Position numbers and translations under genes: made by a program. From positions 1,152,001 through 1,216,000 of the forward strand of contig CBDHHL010000056.1 of the NCBI GenBank assembly GCA_965263355.1: DNA of 64,000 nucleotides, given 5' to 3'. This DNA comes from Leptolyngbyaceae cyanobacterium (GTDB lineage: Bacteria > Cyanobacteriota > Cyanobacteriia > Phormidesmidales > Phormidesmidaceae). The notes under the pieces were generated by a model. The model was not told where the DNA came from. It was given only the letters and a program-made list of their open reading frames with translations, and searched no databases. Of this stretch, positions 1 to 13,696 are shown in pieces. The stretch's first letter is position 1; every line of letters begins with the position of its first letter.

Positions 1-1
1 G

Positions 2-463
2 GTCTCTGGCAACATTGGTTCCCGTCGCAAAATGGAATATACAGTCATCGGCGATGGGGTGAACCTCAGTTCACGACTGGAAGGGGTAACTAAGCAGTAC
101 GGCTGTGACATCGTCATGAGTGAGCATACCTATAACCGCTGTCGTGACTTAGTTTGGGTGAGGGAACTCGATCTGATTCGGGTCAAAGGTAAGACTAAAC
201 CAGTTAAGATTTATCATCTGATTGGTAGTCGGCATAGTGACCAATTAGATGCCAATACCCAAGATTTTTTAGATCTCTATCAGCAGGGTCGCCAGGCCTA
301 TACGTCTCAAAAATTTACTCGTGCCTTGGACCTATTTACTCGCGCTAAGAAAATAAGTCCCCACGATCAAGCGGTAGAGGTTCATATAGATCGCATTCAT
401 TCCTATTTGAAGAATCCACCGCCGGCTAATTGGGATGGGGTGCATGTGATGATGACCAAATAA
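2..463 (+). CDS. Class III adenylate/guanylate cyclase, C-terminal part (5' end outside window) with TPR-like tail
   Basis: Frame is open from base 2: VSGNIGSRRKMEYTVIGDGVNLSSRLEG...VKGK, the class III cyclase catalytic motifs, followed by a helical tail ending PPANWDGV. Confidence 0.9.
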   Translation, partial: VSGNIGSRRKMEYTVIGDGVNLSSRLEGVTKQYGCDIVMSEHTYNRCRDLVWVRELDLIRVKGKTKPVKIYHLIGSRHSDQLDANTQDFLDLYQQGRQAYTSQKFTRALDLFTRAKKISPHDQAVEVHIDRIHSYLKNPPPANWDGVHVMMTK

Positions 464-510
464 ATGAATCCCACGCTAAAATTAGCGATGCAATTTTTTG
501 GGGAGGCCCC

Positions 511-1239
511 ATGGCTGAGCGGCAAAAGCTCTACGAAGGCAAGGCAAAGATTCTCTATGCTACTGAGGACCCGGCAGTATTGGTGACCTATTTCAAAGAT
601 GATGCTACTGCATTTAATGCGCAGAAGCGGGGCACCATCGCCAATAAGGGCCGGATTAACAATGCGGTATCTACCCACTTGTTTAAGCTGCTAGAGGCCC
701 AGGGAATTGCCACCCATTGGATTGATTCGCCGAATGAACGGGAGATGCTGGTCAAGCCGGTGACCATTGTGCCGTTGGAAGTGGTGGTGCGTAATCTGGC
801 GGCGGGCAGTCTCTGCCGGCAGACGGGGCTCCCCTTGGGTACACTGCTGACACCGCCATTGGTAGAGTTTTACTACAAAAATGATGATTTAGGTGATCCG
901 TTGCTGACTCGCGATCGCATCCGGGCGATGGCCATTGCCAGTGACGATATCGTTAACCAGCTGCAACAGATGGCCCAACGGATTAACCAAATACTGAAAA
1001 ACTTTTTCAACAGCTGCGATATTACCCTAGTTGATTTCAAACTAGAGTTTGGCACCCTGACCGACGGCACCCTAGTTCTGGCCGATGAAATCAGCCCAGA
1101 TACCTGTCGGCTATGGAACCAAAACGAAACCGATGAATCCCAACGGGTAATGGATAAAGACCGATTCCGACAGGATTTAGGGAACGTGGAATCAGGATAT
1201 CAGCAGGTGTTAGATCGAATTCTGGCACATACAAATTAA
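511..1239 (+). CDS. purC: Phosphoribosylaminoimidazole-succinocarboxamide synthase
   Basis: LYEGKAK, FKDDATAFNA, VDFKLEFG, LADEISPDTCRLW, DKDRFR motifs; GGAGG RBS before the ATG at 511. Confidence 0.97.
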   Translation: MAERQKLYEGKAKILYATEDPAVLVTYFKDDATAFNAQKRGTIANKGRINNAVSTHLFKLLEAQGIATHWIDSPNEREMLVKPVTIVPLEVVVRNLAAGSLCRQTGLPLGTLLTPPLVEFYYKNDDLGDPLLTRDRIRAMAIASDDIVNQLQQMAQRINQILKNFFNSCDITLVDFKLEFGTLTDGTLVLADEISPDTCRLWNQNETDESQRVMDKDRFRQDLGNVESGYQQVLDRILAHTN

Positions 1240-1443
1240 GCAATGGGGGAGACGGTGCGGTAGAATCTTTCAGAAAATATTAAATTCTGTTCACATTTTT
1301 CCAGACGTTATCGATAGCGTTTTTGGAAAAAGTGGTTAGTACTTGGGAGTTAGCTATGGACCCCCAAGCCGAATTTAGTGTATGTCATTAACAGTGGCTA
1401 TCGCTGCTGTTCCTATGTGGTGTAAGGAGTACGTTTTTCGCCT

Positions 1444-3825
1444 ATGCGCTTTTCGCCGACTCTATTGGCCTGTTGCACCGTTGCGACATTGTTTGGGGTG
1501 CCCGTACTCGCAGTCGATGCGGCTGAACCTTCAACAGCTGCGGCAGATGATGCCCTGCTAACTGCTGCTCAGTCTACCGAATCAGCGTTAGAGGCTGAGA
1601 CTACTGGCACTACAGAAACCACCAGCATTGCAGCTACAGATGTTGCTACAGGAGAGGATGTTGCTACAGGTGAGACTGACAGTACAGAGGACCTGCCTCT
1701 GCCACAGCCTGAAAACGCAGATGAGACCGTTGCAGCAGCCCCCATTAAGTTACCCGTAATTGAAGCTGAACCATCGCAGGAAGATGCTCTGGTGGTTCAA
1801 GAAACTGTTCAAGAAACGACAGCCCCCCCAGCAGAGACTCGCGAGGAAACACCAGAGGAAACCCTACAACGTCTTTTAGAGGGTATTGGTCGACCGGCTG
1901 AGCCCACGCCCCCCACGGCGGAAGAACTGGAGGTGACTCCCGATGATACCCCAGCCGCTGAGGAACCCGCTTCGGACGAGGAGGTGGTGGAAGAAACCCA
2001 GGACGAAGAAGAGGTGCAGGTCCTGGTAGCTGAGTTGGATGTGGTTACCCTGGATGGTAGTCAACTTGATCCAGAGTTGGAAGATATTGTTTATCAGGCA
2101 ATTACCTTGCGCCCTGGTCGGACGGCAACCCGCAGTCAGCTCCAAGACGATATTAATAACGTTTTTGCTACGGGCTTTTTCGCCAATGTCAGGGCTCGTC
2201 CCGATGATACTGATTTAGGGGTACGGGTTACCTTCGGTGTGCAACCAAACCCTGTCCTAACTGGGGTAAACATCCGCACCGATGGCTCGACAGAAAGCGT
2301 GCTACCTGCAGAAAAGGTCGATGAAATCTTTGGCGATCAGTACGGCAGCATTCTCAACCTGATTGATTTTCAGGACAGTATTTTAGAACTCAACGAATGG
2401 TATCGCGAGCAAGGCTATGTACTGGCGCAGGTAACCGCAGCGCCCCAGGTTTCAGATAATGGTGTGGCTACCCTGATTGTTGCCGAGGGGGTGATTGAGT
2501 CCATTGAAGTTCGTTATATCGATGAAGATGGCAATAGCATCGATGAAGATGGCGAACCCATTGATGGTAAAACTCGCTCCTTTATCGTCACCCGTGAATT
2601 TGAAGATGATTACTTTGAATCTGACGCAGTTAAGCCCGGAGATGTTTTTCAGCAGGACAAGATTCAAAGGGCTTTGCAGCGGGTATTTGGCTTGGGCATT
2701 TTTGATGATGTTCGTCTTTCTTTAGACCCTGGTGATGACGACCCGCGTAAGGTCAAAGTCGTGGTCAATGTCGATGAAGGCAATACAGGGTCAGTGGGAG
2801 CTGCCGTTGGTTTTAATCTTAGCGGTGATGTGTTTGGTAGTATCAGCTATCAGCAGGACAACCTGGGAGGCAACAATCAGACCCTACGCACTGAACTTCA
2901 GCTGAGTGAGCGAGAACTATTGTTCGATGTCAGCTTTACCGATCCTTGGATTGCTGGGGATCCGTACCGAACCTCCTATACAGTGAATGGATTTAATCGC
3001 CGTTCAATCTCTCTAATCTTTGATGGTGGCGATACCGACATTGATTTACCCAATGGCGATACTCCTCGGGTCAATCGCCTGGGGGGCGGTGTAACCTTTG
3101 GTCGTCCTTTGGATAATGGCTGGAGTGGTTCAGTGGGGCTGGAATATCAGCGGGTCTCCATTCGAGATAGTGATGGCGATCTTTCCCCTGAAGACCAGCT
3201 AGGCAATGATTTGAGCTTTAGCGGTGATGGGCGTGACGATCTTGTCAGTGTGCCTGTGAGCTTTGTTTGGGATAAGCGAAATGATGCCTTTGCGCCGACC
3301 AGTGGTAGTTTGTTGCGTCTTGGTTCGGAACAAACCATCCCCATTGGCAAAGGCACAATCTTTTTTAATCGAGTTAGAGCTAGCTACAGTCGTTATTTAC
3401 CAGTGGATTTCCTCAGCTTGGGTGAGGGACCCCAAACCATTGCTCTCAATTTGCAAGGCGGTACTGTCCTGGGTGACTTACCTCCCTACGAGGCTTTTTC
3501 TCTGGGCGGTACAAATTCGGTACGCGGTTTTGATGAGGGAGAGCTAGGGAGTGGTCGGTCCTTTGTTCAGGCAACGGCTGAATATCGTTTCCCATTGTTT
3601 ACATCTTTCCTAGGGGGAGCCTTGTTTGTTGACTATGGTTCTGACCTGGGCACCGGTAACAATGTCCCTGGTGATCCGGCTATTATTCGTGGCAAGCCCG
3701 GCGATGGGTTTGGGTATGGTGCCGGGATTCGCGTGCAGACACCCCTGGGAGCATTGCGTCTCGACTATGGCTTTGGCGATGGCGGTGATGGCCGACTTCA
3801 CTTTGGCATCGGGGAACGGTTCTAA
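1444..3825 (+). CDS. bamA: Omp85/BamA outer-membrane protein assembly factor
   Basis: Signal peptide, acidic low-complexity N-terminus, POTRA-like domains, [10 protein letters not shown] motif, C-terminal HFGIGERF; upstream of lpxC as in other cyanobacteria. Confidence 0.93.
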   Translation: MRFSPTLLACCTVATLFGVPVLAVDAAEPSTAAADDALLTAAQSTESALEAETTGTTETTSIAATDVATGEDVATGETDSTEDLPLPQPENADETVAAAPIKLPVIEAEPSQEDALVVQETVQETTAPPAETREETPEETLQRLLEGIGRPAEPTPPTAEELEVTPDDTPAAEEPASDEEVVEETQDEEEVQVLVAELDVVTLDGSQLDPELEDIVYQAITLRPGRTATRSQLQDDINNVFATGFFANVRARPDDTDLGVRVTFGVQPNPVLTGVNIRTDGSTESVLPAEKVDEIFGDQYGSILNLIDFQDSILELNEWYREQGYVLAQVTAAPQVSDNGVATLIVAEGVIESIEVRYIDEDGNSIDEDGEPIDGKTRSFIVTREFEDDYFESDAVKPGDVFQQDKIQRALQRVFGLGIFDDVRLSLDPGDDDPRKVKVVVNVDEGNTGSVGAAVGFNLSGDVFGSISYQQDNLGGNNQTLRTELQLSERELLFDVSFTDPWIAGDPYRTSYTVNGFNRRSISLIFDGGDTDIDLPNGDTPRVNRLGGGVTFGRPLDNGWSGSVGLEYQRVSIRDSDGDLSPEDQLGNDLSFSGDGRDDLVSVPVSFVWDKRNDAFAPTSGSLLRLGSEQTIPIGKGTIFFNRVRASYSRYLPVDFLSLGEGPQTIALNLQGGTVLGDLPPYEAFSLGGTNSVRGFDEGELGSGRSFVQATAEYRFPLFTSFLGGALFVDYGSDLGTGNNVPGDPAIIRGKPGDGFGYGAGIRVQTPLGALRLDYGFGDGGDGRLHFGIGERF

Positions 3826-4691
3826 TGGCCAACGGAGAGGACGTTCAACATACGTTAGCGGCGTCTATTACTTGTACAGGTGTAGGGTTGCACCTGGGGC
3901 AAATAACGCAGGTAACTTTGTTACCTGCCAGTCCTGACAGCGGTCGTCATTTTGTTCGTACAGATTTAGGGGCTGAACTGATTCCAGCGGCTGTTTCAGC
4001 GGTAAGTCAAACCCGTTTGTCCACTCAATTGGGGGGGGCAGCAGAGCAATTTGTACGTACCGTAGAGCATTTATTGGCGGCCCTATGGGCGGCAGGTGTG
4101 GATAATGTTCGGATCGAAATTGATGGCCCGGAAGTTCCTCTGCTAGATGGGTCTTCCCGTGATTGGAGTAGTTTGATCCAGTCAGTGGGAACGGTGGCGC
4201 AATCTGTGCCACGACGCGTCTGTGCACCGTTGAGTGAACCAGTAATTGTGCGTGATGGCGATGCCTATGTGATGGCAATGCCTGCTTCAGAGCTGCGTTT
4301 TAGCTATGGGATTGACTTTCCGGTAGCCGCCATTGGTAATCAATGGTATAGCTGGACGCCTGCTGGAGAAGACTTTATGGAATCCGTAGCTCCAGCTCGT
4401 ACATTTGCTATGGCCCATCAAATTGACGGTTTGCGATCGCAAGGCCTAATCAAAGGCGGCAGTCTTGAAAATGCTCTCGTTTGTGACCAAGATGGCTGGC
4501 TTAATCCCCCGCTGCGATTTGCAAATGAACCAGCACGTCATAAACTTTTAGACTTAGTAGGGGATCTCAGTTTATTAGGTGTTCTCCCTACGATGCATGT
4601 GACAGCTTATCGAGCCAGTCATAGTTTGCACGTGCAGTTAGCTCGTCAGTTAGCTGCTGTCTGTTTGGCAAAACCATCGGCTCCCGCTTAG
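3825..4691 (+). CDS. lpxC: UDP-3-O-acyl-N-acetylglucosamine deacetylase
   Basis: [30 protein letters not shown] and [10 protein letters not shown] motifs. Confidence 0.96.
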   Translation: MANGEDVQHTLAASITCTGVGLHLGQITQVTLLPASPDSGRHFVRTDLGAELIPAAVSAVSQTRLSTQLGGAAEQFVRTVEHLLAALWAAGVDNVRIEIDGPEVPLLDGSSRDWSSLIQSVGTVAQSVPRRVCAPLSEPVIVRDGDAYVMAMPASELRFSYGIDFPVAAIGNQWYSWTPAGEDFMESVAPARTFAMAHQIDGLRSQGLIKGGSLENALVCDQDGWLNPPLRFANEPARHKLLDLVGDLSLLGVLPTMHVTAYRASHSLHVQLARQLAAVCLAKPSAPA

Positions 4692-4728
4692 CCGAGAACA
4701 CCTACGCCGTTGCTGTTAAAAACCGTTT

Positions 4729-5235
4729 ATGGCCACCGTTATTCAAGATAAAGCTAATACCACCAATCCGGAGTCTCAACCGGCCATCGCCGAGACCTCT
4801 ACTCCTATTACATTTAATCTAGAACAGATTCAGGCATTGTTGCCCCATCGCTATCCATTTGCCCTGGTTGATCGCATCATTGACTATGTTCCTGGCAAAC
4901 AGGCAGTCGGCTTAAAAAATGTCACCTTCAATGAACCTCACTTTCAGGGCCACTTTCCTGGGCGGCCCATTATGCCTGGGGTGTTAATCGTCGAAGCCAT
5001 GGCTCAGGTGGGCGGCATTGTCCTCACTCAAATGCCTGGTGTTAATGGGTTATGTATGTTTGCCGGGATCGACAAAGTGCGGTTTCGCCGCCCTGTTGTG
5101 CCAGGTGACCAGCTGGTTATCACAACAGAATTGCTTAGCGTACGCGGGCTAAAATTCGGCAAAATGCAGGCCAAGGCTGAAGTTGATGGCCAATTGGTGT
5201 GTGAAGGCACCCTTATGTTTTCTGTGGTTGAGTAA
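4729..5235 (+). CDS. fabZ: 3-hydroxyacyl-ACP dehydratase
   Basis: [17 protein letters not shown] and [11 protein letters not shown] motifs. Confidence 0.97.
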   Translation: MATVIQDKANTTNPESQPAIAETSTPITFNLEQIQALLPHRYPFALVDRIIDYVPGKQAVGLKNVTFNEPHFQGHFPGRPIMPGVLIVEAMAQVGGIVLTQMPGVNGLCMFAGIDKVRFRRPVVPGDQLVITTELLSVRGLKFGKMQAKAEVDGQLVCEGTLMFSVVE

Positions 5236-5242
5236 ATAATCA

Positions 5243-6067
5243 ATGCTTCCAACTGCTCTGATTCATCCCACGGCGGTCGTTCATCCCAGGGCCCAGGTTC
5301 ACCCCAGTGTGAAAGTGGGACCCTATGCTGTAATTGGGGAAAAGGTCAGCGTTGGTAAAGACACCGAAATTGGTCCCCATGTGGTGTTAGACGGTCACAC
5401 CGAGATTGGTGAACGCAATCGGATTTTTACCGGAGCTGCCATTGGTTTAGAGCCCCAAGACCTCAAGTATGATGGTTCCGAAAGTCTGGTGTCGATCGGC
5501 GACGATAACAACCTGCGGGAATATGTCACCGTTAACCGACCAACGCGGTTTGGTGAAATCACTCGTTTAGGTAATGGTAATTTGCTGATGGCCTATGCCC
5601 ATGTCGCCCATAACTGTGTGATTCAAGATAGCGTTATTATTGCCAACTCGGTAGCTTTGGCCGGTCATGTTCACATTGAATCCAATGTCCGGATTAGCGG
5701 TCTTGTTGGCATTCATCAGTTTGTTCACATTGGCCGCCATGCCATGGTGGGTGGAATGAGTCGGATTGAACGTGATGTTCCTCCCTACATGATGGTAGAA
5801 GGTAATCCATCACGGGTGCGGGGGCTTAACCAGGTAGGATTGAAACGTTCGGGCATTGGCGATTTAGAAGCCGGTCGTGTATATGACGAACTCAAGCAGG
5901 CATATCGTTTACTCTATCGGTCTGGGCTCACATTTAGTGAGGCCCTGAACAAATTAGACTCTATTGCCAATAACGAATACGTGCAACATCTACATCGATT
6001 TTTGGTGGCCTCCCAACAAGCTAGTCGACGAGGTGTGATTCCAGGGCGTCTGATCTCTCGATCTTAA
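5243..6067 (+). CDS. lpxA: Acyl-ACP--UDP-N-acetylglucosamine O-acyltransferase
   Basis: Hexapeptide repeats; PQDLKY, HVAHNC and IHQFVHIG motifs. Confidence 0.96.
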   Translation: MLPTALIHPTAVVHPRAQVHPSVKVGPYAVIGEKVSVGKDTEIGPHVVLDGHTEIGERNRIFTGAAIGLEPQDLKYDGSESLVSIGDDNNLREYVTVNRPTRFGEITRLGNGNLLMAYAHVAHNCVIQDSVIIANSVALAGHVHIESNVRISGLVGIHQFVHIGRHAMVGGMSRIERDVPPYMMVEGNPSRVRGLNQVGLKRSGIGDLEAGRVYDELKQAYRLLYRSGLTFSEALNKLDSIANNEYVQHLHRFLVASQQASRRGVIPGRLISRS

Positions 6068-6070
6068 GTT

Positions 6071-7285
6071 ATGTCCAATTTGATTGCTTCTGAGCGGACG
6101 CTACGAGTGTTTATCCACACAGGAGACGTTTCTGGGGATATGCAGGGTGGCTTGTTGGTGAAAGCCCTAGAACGCCAAGCTGCCAGACGCAGGATCGCCA
6201 TTGAGATTACGGCCATGGGGGGGGACCGAATCGCGGCGGCTGGCGCTAAGCTCATAGGCGATACCGTATCGGTCAGTTCCATTGGTTTTCTGGAAGCATT
6301 GCCCCATATTGCAGCGGCACTAAAACTCAATCAACAGGCTAGGCAACATCTTAAAGCCTTGCCGCCAGATGTCGTCGTCTTGATTGACTATATGGGTCCC
6401 AATGTAGCGATTGGCAAATTTATTCGTCGGCAGTTTCCCAAGCTGCCTATTGCCTACTACATTGCACCCCATTTGTGGGTTTGTGCGACAATACCTGGAG
6501 ATACGGCTAAGATTTTGTCGGTTTCCGATCGAATACTAGCAATTTTTCCAGAAGAGTCCCGTTATTACCAAGAAAAGGGGGGACAGGTCTCCTGGGTAGG
6601 GCATCCTTTTTTGGACAGATTTGCTGATTATTGTCCAAGCTTGGCCAGGCAAAAGGCCCGTCAACGGTTAGGTCTGACGCCAGACGATAGGGTTATTACC
6701 CTGTTGCCAGCTTCTCGACAACAGGAATTAACCTATGTGCTACCAATTATGTTTACGGCGGCCCAACAGCTTCAGACTCAGCTGCCTCAGCTTAAATTCT
6801 TGGTGCCCCCGGCCCGTGAATCGTTTCGCAACACCTTAAATAATGCCCTTAAGGACTATTGTCTCACGGGACAAGTGGTCGCTCAAGATGAGCAAATGTT
6901 GGCAATTTCAGCCGCCGATTTAGCCATTACGAAATCGGGCACAACTAATTTAGAAATTGCCCTGATGGAAGTGCCCCAGGTCGTTATGTATCGGCTGAAC
7001 CGGTTGACTGCATGGCTAGCCGAATTTGTGCTGAAATTTTCAGCTCCCTACGTTTCCCCAGTAAATCTGGTTACTATGGAGCCGACTGTACCGGAGTTTG
7101 TGCAGTGGAATGCCCAACCCGATGATATTAGTCAAGCGGCACTCGATCTGCTGAATAATCCGGATCAACGTCAAAAAATGTTGGAGGGCTACAAAACAAT
7201 GCGACAGCATTTAGGTTCTGTTGGTGTTTGCGATCGCGCCGCCAATGAAATTCTAGATTTGGCCATTAAACCACGTCCCAGTTGA
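6071..7285 (+). CDS. lpxB: Lipid-A-disaccharide synthase
   Basis: GDVSGD, IDY, VGHP, LLPASR and KSGT motifs; position in the operon. Confidence 0.94.
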   Translation: MSNLIASERTLRVFIHTGDVSGDMQGGLLVKALERQAARRRIAIEITAMGGDRIAAAGAKLIGDTVSVSSIGFLEALPHIAAALKLNQQARQHLKALPPDVVVLIDYMGPNVAIGKFIRRQFPKLPIAYYIAPHLWVCATIPGDTAKILSVSDRILAIFPEESRYYQEKGGQVSWVGHPFLDRFADYCPSLARQKARQRLGLTPDDRVITLLPASRQQELTYVLPIMFTAAQQLQTQLPQLKFLVPPARESFRNTLNNALKDYCLTGQVVAQDEQMLAISAADLAITKSGTTNLEIALMEVPQVVMYRLNRLTAWLAEFVLKFSAPYVSPVNLVTMEPTVPEFVQWNAQPDDISQAALDLLNNPDQRQKMLEGYKTMRQHLGSVGVCDRAANEILDLAIKPRPS

Positions 7286-7435
7286 AATCTGTAGATTCTT
7301 CACCGGAAAAACGACCGTTCTGGACGTGGACAACGTTTAATAAAGCCTGTGCTGAAATATGGGTGGAATATTATTGGCCGATTTAGCACCCGAGCAGGGT
7401 AACATGCGTCTGAGAAAGCGTACGGGAGAAAAGGA

Positions 7436-8101
7436 GTGAACATTACTGAACTATTTGCCAGAGGTGGGGTGGCCATGTGGCCCCTGTTAGTCCTATCAGT
7501 AATCGCCCTTGGCACAATTATGGAGCGCATCTGGTTTTGGTCTCGTATCATCACCCGTGAGCGCGAAGTGGCCGGTCGTGTGCTAGAAGCAGCCCGCCGC
7601 GAATGGATCGCCGCCACCGAAATTGCCCAGCGAGCCCATCGGTTACCGATGGGACGTTTTCTCTACGCGGCCCTAAAACTAAAAGATCAAGATCCTGAAG
7701 TTTTTCGACTAGCCCTAGAGACAGCGGCCAACGAAGAATTAGCCGCCATGCGTCGAGGCGATAAGGTCCTGGAGCTGGTAATCGCAGTTTCTCCCATGTT
7801 GGGATTGTTAGGGACTGTTTTAGGCTTAATGAACTCCCTTGGGTCACTCAATCTCAATGATTTGGCCATTGGTAGCGCCACCAGCGGAGCCGCTGTTGGA
7901 ATTGGTCAGTCCCTAATCACCACCGCCACTGGCCTGATTATTGCCATTGTCAGCCTGATGTTTTATCGCCTATTCCAAGGTTTAGTCTTTGGCCAAGCAA
8001 AAGTCTTTCGCCAATCCGGTAGCGAACTAGAGCTGCTTTATCGTCAAGCCTGGTCCCTAACCGATGGTAAACCTAGCGAACTCGGCGCTTCTGTCAACTA
8101 A
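7436..8101 (+). CDS. exbB: MotA/TolQ/ExbB proton channel family protein
   Basis: Three hydrophobic segments, PMLGLLGTVLG and LITTATGL motifs. Confidence 0.9.
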   Translation: MNITELFARGGVAMWPLLVLSVIALGTIMERIWFWSRIITREREVAGRVLEAARREWIAATEIAQRAHRLPMGRFLYAALKLKDQDPEVFRLALETAANEELAAMRRGDKVLELVIAVSPMLGLLGTVLGLMNSLGSLNLNDLAIGSATSGAAVGIGQSLITTATGLIIAIVSLMFYRLFQGLVFGQAKVFRQSGSELELLYRQAWSLTDGKPSELGASVN

Positions 8102-8139
8102 ACCAATCTTCCTAACCTGCCCAAAAACTGAGCATCGCC

Positions 8140-8787
8140 ATGAAACTAGATTTAGACGAGCAACAAAACGGCGTTGTCATCGAGCTGTTACCCTTAGTCG
8201 ATGTCGTTTTCTGCATTCTCACCTTTTTTATCTTGGCGGCAGTTGGCAGCCGTCAGCAGGCGATTAGCTTAGACCTACCCAACGCCAGTACAGGCTCGGC
8301 ATTACCACCCGCTACCTTGACCACGGGTCGCGATCGCCTGTATGTCAGCGTTGATCCCATTGGTCGCATTTATATTGATCAAGACCCCATTTTGGAACAA
8401 AACCTGTTGGGACTGCTCGGCGACTTTTATACCGGTAATCCTCAGGGAATTGTGGTGCTGTATGCCGCCAAAGACTCCCGCTATGACGATGTTGTGCGAG
8501 TGTTAGATATCCTACGGTCTGTCGGTGGCAATCGTGTTGCCCTGGCCACCTTACCAGCCGGGACACGAGTACCATCAGCCCAAGACTCGTTGCCAAGTGA
8601 ACTGCCAGCGGATATTCAAGACTTAATCAATGGGGGTGGCTCAGGCTCAAATTTGCCAGACAGCGGCTTACCAGCTAGTCCCAGTCCCCTAAATCCATCG
8701 ACCACTACACCAATTCCCATAACTCCGGGTAGTGACCCATTGAGCAATCCGTCGCCTTTGCCAACATTGCCACCCGACGACGAATAA
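8140..8787 (+). CDS. exbD: ExbD/TolR biopolymer transport protein with Pro-rich tail
   Basis: LLPLVDVVFCILTFFI transmembrane motif with the conserved Asp; LDLP; follows exbB. Confidence 0.9.
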   Translation: MKLDLDEQQNGVVIELLPLVDVVFCILTFFILAAVGSRQQAISLDLPNASTGSALPPATLTTGRDRLYVSVDPIGRIYIDQDPILEQNLLGLLGDFYTGNPQGIVVLYAAKDSRYDDVVRVLDILRSVGGNRVALATLPAGTRVPSAQDSLPSELPADIQDLINGGGSGSNLPDSGLPASPSPLNPSTTTPIPITPGSDPLSNPSPLPTLPPDDE

Positions 8788-8840
8788 TTATCAAGTCCGA
8801 GTTTGGTAAACCCGGTTAACAGACCCAGTTAACAGAACAA

Positions 8841-8874
8841 CCCATAGTGGCATTGCATGCAATGCCACTATGGG
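8841..8874. terminator. Perfect 34-bp palindrome between convergent exbD and eno (putative bidirectional terminator or REP-like hairpin)
   Basis: cccatagtggcattgca is followed directly by its reverse complement tgcaatgccactatggg. Confidence 0.6.
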
Positions 8875-8888
8875 CAAGAAAAGTAACT

Positions 8889-10196
<1,308 letters not shown>

Positions 10197-10526
10197 TTAC
10201 TTGTGGATTAACTATGGGCAAATAATCGGGGTGTATATAGAAGAAGTCGGTCAGTAGTCGTGCTAATCATGCCGTGCCCATGGCAAATAAATGCACGATA
10301 ACTCAGCATAGGTGCTATCCTGCCTTACCGATAGGGTCATGGCTCAAAATGTAAGGAAGAGCACATGGATATCCATCGGTATAGACTTCTGGGTGCTCAT
10401 AGAAACTGACCAGCGATAAGATTAGCTAAACCACGTCCAAGTTGAAACCCGTAGGGTCTTCTACGAAAAAGCTTCAGTTTTGGGCATGGACAACGTTTAA
10501 ATCCAACTATTAAGGAAGAAGACGCC

Positions 10527-10949
10527 ATGCGTTTACTGCACACAATGTTGCGAGTGGGCAATCTGGACCAGTCCCTCCAGTTCTATTGCGATGTTTTAGG
10601 CATGACCCTGTTGCGTCAAAAGGACTACCCAGGGGGTAAGTTCACCCTGGCGTTTGTGGGTTACGGTGACGAAAGCGATCATACCGTTCTAGAACTAACT
10701 TACAACTGGGGCGTAGATGCCTATGACCTGGGTGAAGGCTATGGTCACATTGCCCTAGGTGTTGATGATATTTATAAGACCTGCGAAGAGATCAAAGCCA
10801 GGGGTGGGCAGGTTGTGCGAGAACCAGGTCCCATGAAACACGGATCGACCGTTATTGCATTTGTCAACGATCCTGATGGATACAAAGTAGAGTTAATTCA
10901 GCTCAAAGATAAATCTGCATCTAAGCCTGAGGCAGTAGCTACGGCTTAG
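10527..10949 (+). CDS. gloA: Lactoylglutathione lyase (glyoxalase I)
   Basis: [28 protein letters not shown] and [10 protein letters not shown] motifs. Confidence 0.96.
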   Translation: MRLLHTMLRVGNLDQSLQFYCDVLGMTLLRQKDYPGGKFTLAFVGYGDESDHTVLELTYNWGVDAYDLGEGYGHIALGVDDIYKTCEEIKARGGQVVREPGPMKHGSTVIAFVNDPDGYKVELIQLKDKSASKPEAVATA

Positions 10950-11059
10950 GCTGGTGACTGGTGAGTTAGCAGCGCAGCGAACTAACCAGCGCAGCGTATT
11001 CACCATTCACCCACTTGATATACTGATTAATCGTTTCCCTGCCGAACCATTCAGACTCC

Positions 11060-13696
11060 ATGCAGCCATCTAATCCCGATAAATTTACCGCCAAGGCATG
11101 GGATGCCATCGTTGAAGCTCAAGAGGTAGCTCGGCGTTTTCGTCAGCAATATCTTGAGGTTGAGCATGTGATGATTGCGCTGCTTGAGCAGCAGGGGCTG
11201 GCGGATACGGTTTTGACTAAGGGGGGGCTGGCCCCAGAACTTATTCTGCAAGAGTTAGAAACCTTTGCCCAACGTCAGGCACGGGCACGGGCATCGGCGG
11301 ATAGTAGTTTGTACCTGGGACAAAGTCTTGACCGCATGCTCGATCAGGCAGAGGCGGCCCGCCAACTGCTGCAGGACGATATTATCTCAGTTGAGCATTT
11401 GTTACTGGGGTTTGCTGAAGACGAGCGCATTGGCCGCCGACTGCTACAGGGATTTGAGCTGGATGTCTCTGATATTCGGGCTGCTATTAATCAGGTTCGG
11501 GGTAAGCAAAAGGCCACTGGACAGAATCCAGAGGATTCTTACGAAGCCCTGGAGAAATATGGCCGGGATCTGACCGAAGAAGCTAAGCATGGTAAGCTCG
11601 ACCCGGTGATTGGCCGTGATGAAGAAATCCGCCGGGTGATTCAGGTGGTTTCACGGCGCACTAAGAATAACCCTGTTTTGATTGGGGAACCGGGTGTGGG
11701 CAAAACTGCCATTGCAGAAGGCTTGGCCCAACGGATTGTCAATGGTGATGTACCTGAGTCACTGAAGGATCGTCAGCTGATTTCCTTGGATATCGGTAGC
11801 CTGATTGCCGGAGCAAAATATCGAGGTGAATTTGAAGAACGGCTGCGCTCGGTACTTAAGGAAGTGGCGGAGTCAGATGGTCAGGTGGTGCTGTTTATTG
11901 ATGAGCTACACACGGTGGTAGGGGCCGGTGGCGGGAACAGCAACGTAGATGCGGGCAATTTGCTCAAACCGATTTTGGCCCGTGGCGAGCTGCGGTGCAT
12001 TGGGGCGACTACGTTAGATGAGTATCGTAAACACATTGAGAAGGACGCAGCGTTAGAGCGTCGCTTTCAGCAGGTTTATATTGGTCAGCCCAGTGTCGAA
12101 GATGCCATTTCGATTTTGCGGGGTTTGAAGGAACGCTATGAGGCCCATCATGGTGTAAAAATTGTTGATTCTGCCTTAGTGGCGGCAGCGACGTTATCGG
12201 ATCGCTACATTAGCGATCGCTTTTTACCTGATAAGGCGATTGATCTAATTGATGAGGCTGCCGCCAAGCTAAAAATGGAGATTACCTCCAAGCCAGTGGA
12301 GTTAGAGACCATTGATCGACGATTGCGTCAGCTAGAAATGGAAAAACTCTCTCTCCAGGGAGAGGAGGCCACATCTCGCACATCCAAACAGCGCTTAACG
12401 CGGATTAATAAAGAGGTTGAAAAACTCTCTGTAAAACAACAGAAATTAACCGCCCAGTGGCAGTCTGAAAAACAGGCTCTAGACGCCATTAAAGCGCTAA
12501 AGCAAGAAGAAGATCAGCTGCGAGTCCAGGTAGAGCAAGCAGAGCGCGCCTATGATCTAAACCGGGCCGCCCAGATAAAGTATGGACGCTTAGAAGCTGT
12601 ACAACAAGAGCTAGAGATTTTAGACGGTCAGCTGCAGGAGATGCAAGACAAGGGGGCTACACTACTGCGAGAACAGGTCAGTGAAGCCGATATTGCCGAA
12701 ATTGTCGCTAACTGGACAGGAATTCCTGTAAATCGGCTAATGGAAACGGAACGGCAGAAGTTGTTGCAGTTAGAAGGCTACCTACATCAGCGAGTAATCG
12801 GACAAAGTGAGGCGGTGACCGCTGTAGCTGCTGCGATTCGCCGTGCCCGAGCAGGGATGAAAGATCCGGGTAGACCGATTGGCTCATTTTTGTTTATGGG
12901 ACCGACGGGTGTGGGTAAAACAGAGTTAGCTCGGGCTTTAGCTGACTGTCTGTTTGATACCGAAGAAGCCCTGGTACGGGTGGATATGTCGGAGTATATG
13001 GAAAAACATTCCGTGGCTCGATTGATTGGTGCCCCTCCCGGATATGTTGGCTATGAAGAGGGGGGACAGTTGTCCGAGGCGGTGCGACGACATCCCTATT
13101 CTGTGGTGCTGTTGGATGAGGTAGAGAAGGCCCATCCAGATGTATTTAACATTTTGCTGCAGGTCCTGGACGATGGCCGGATTACCGATTCCCAGGGACG
13201 GACGGTGGACTTCCGCAATACGGTGATTGTGATGACCAGTAACATTGGTAGTGATCACATTCTGGATGTAGCTGGGGATGACTCACAGTTTGATGAAATG
13301 CAGGAGCGGGTTCTGGGGGCATTGCGGGGTCATTTTCGGCCAGAGTTTCTCAATCGAGTGGATGATTTAATAATCTTCCATCCGTTAAGTAAGGAAGAGC
13401 TACGCTCAATTGTGACAATTCAGCTGAAGCGTTTGTATAAACTGTTGGCGGATCAGAAAATTGCTCTACAGGTTTCAGAGTCGGCCATAGACTATGTGGC
13501 AGATAAAGGCTACGACCCTGTCTACGGGGCTAGGCCACTGAAGCGAGCCATTCAGAGGGAATTAGAAAACCCGATCGCAACCAAAATTTTAGAAAACACC
13601 TTTGTCGAAGGCAGTAAAGTGGTAATTGACTACATTGACGACCGGCTTAAGTTTCAGGTGAAGAAAGCCGAGACCTTGGATGAGAAGGCGGCCTAG
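11060..13696 (+). CDS. clpB: ATP-dependent chaperone ClpB
   Basis: Clp N-domain, two AAA+ modules ([16 protein letters not shown]), coiled-coil middle domain, GYVG pore loop, YGARPL. Confidence 0.97.
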   Translation: MQPSNPDKFTAKAWDAIVEAQEVARRFRQQYLEVEHVMIALLEQQGLADTVLTKGGLAPELILQELETFAQRQARARASADSSLYLGQSLDRMLDQAEAARQLLQDDIISVEHLLLGFAEDERIGRRLLQGFELDVSDIRAAINQVRGKQKATGQNPEDSYEALEKYGRDLTEEAKHGKLDPVIGRDEEIRRVIQVVSRRTKNNPVLIGEPGVGKTAIAEGLAQRIVNGDVPESLKDRQLISLDIGSLIAGAKYRGEFEERLRSVLKEVAESDGQVVLFIDELHTVVGAGGGNSNVDAGNLLKPILARGELRCIGATTLDEYRKHIEKDAALERRFQQVYIGQPSVEDAISILRGLKERYEAHHGVKIVDSALVAAATLSDRYISDRFLPDKAIDLIDEAAAKLKMEITSKPVELETIDRRLRQLEMEKLSLQGEEATSRTSKQRLTRINKEVEKLSVKQQKLTAQWQSEKQALDAIKALKQEEDQLRVQVEQAERAYDLNRAAQIKYGRLEAVQQELEILDGQLQEMQDKGATLLREQVSEADIAEIVANWTGIPVNRLMETERQKLLQLEGYLHQRVIGQSEAVTAVAAAIRRARAGMKDPGRPIGSFLFMGPTGVGKTELARALADCLFDTEEALVRVDMSEYMEKHSVARLIGAPPGYVGYEEGGQLSEAVRRHPYSVVLLDEVEKAHPDVFNILLQVLDDGRITDSQGRTVDFRNTVIVMTSNIGSDHILDVAGDDSQFDEMQERVLGALRGHFRPEFLNRVDDLIIFHPLSKEELRSIVTIQLKRLYKLLADQKIALQVSESAIDYVADKGYDPVYGARPLKRAIQRELENPIATKILENTFVEGSKVVIDYIDDRLKFQVKKAETLDEKAA

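Noticed and set aside
430..510. Extended purC N-terminus from the ORF track
   Set aside because: It overlaps the cyclase, and the GGAGG RBS and family alignment favour ATG 511
1444..7285. Absence of lpxD/skp from the bamA-lpx cluster
   Set aside because: bamA-lpxC-fabZ-lpxA-lpxB is the ordinary cyanobacterial arrangement
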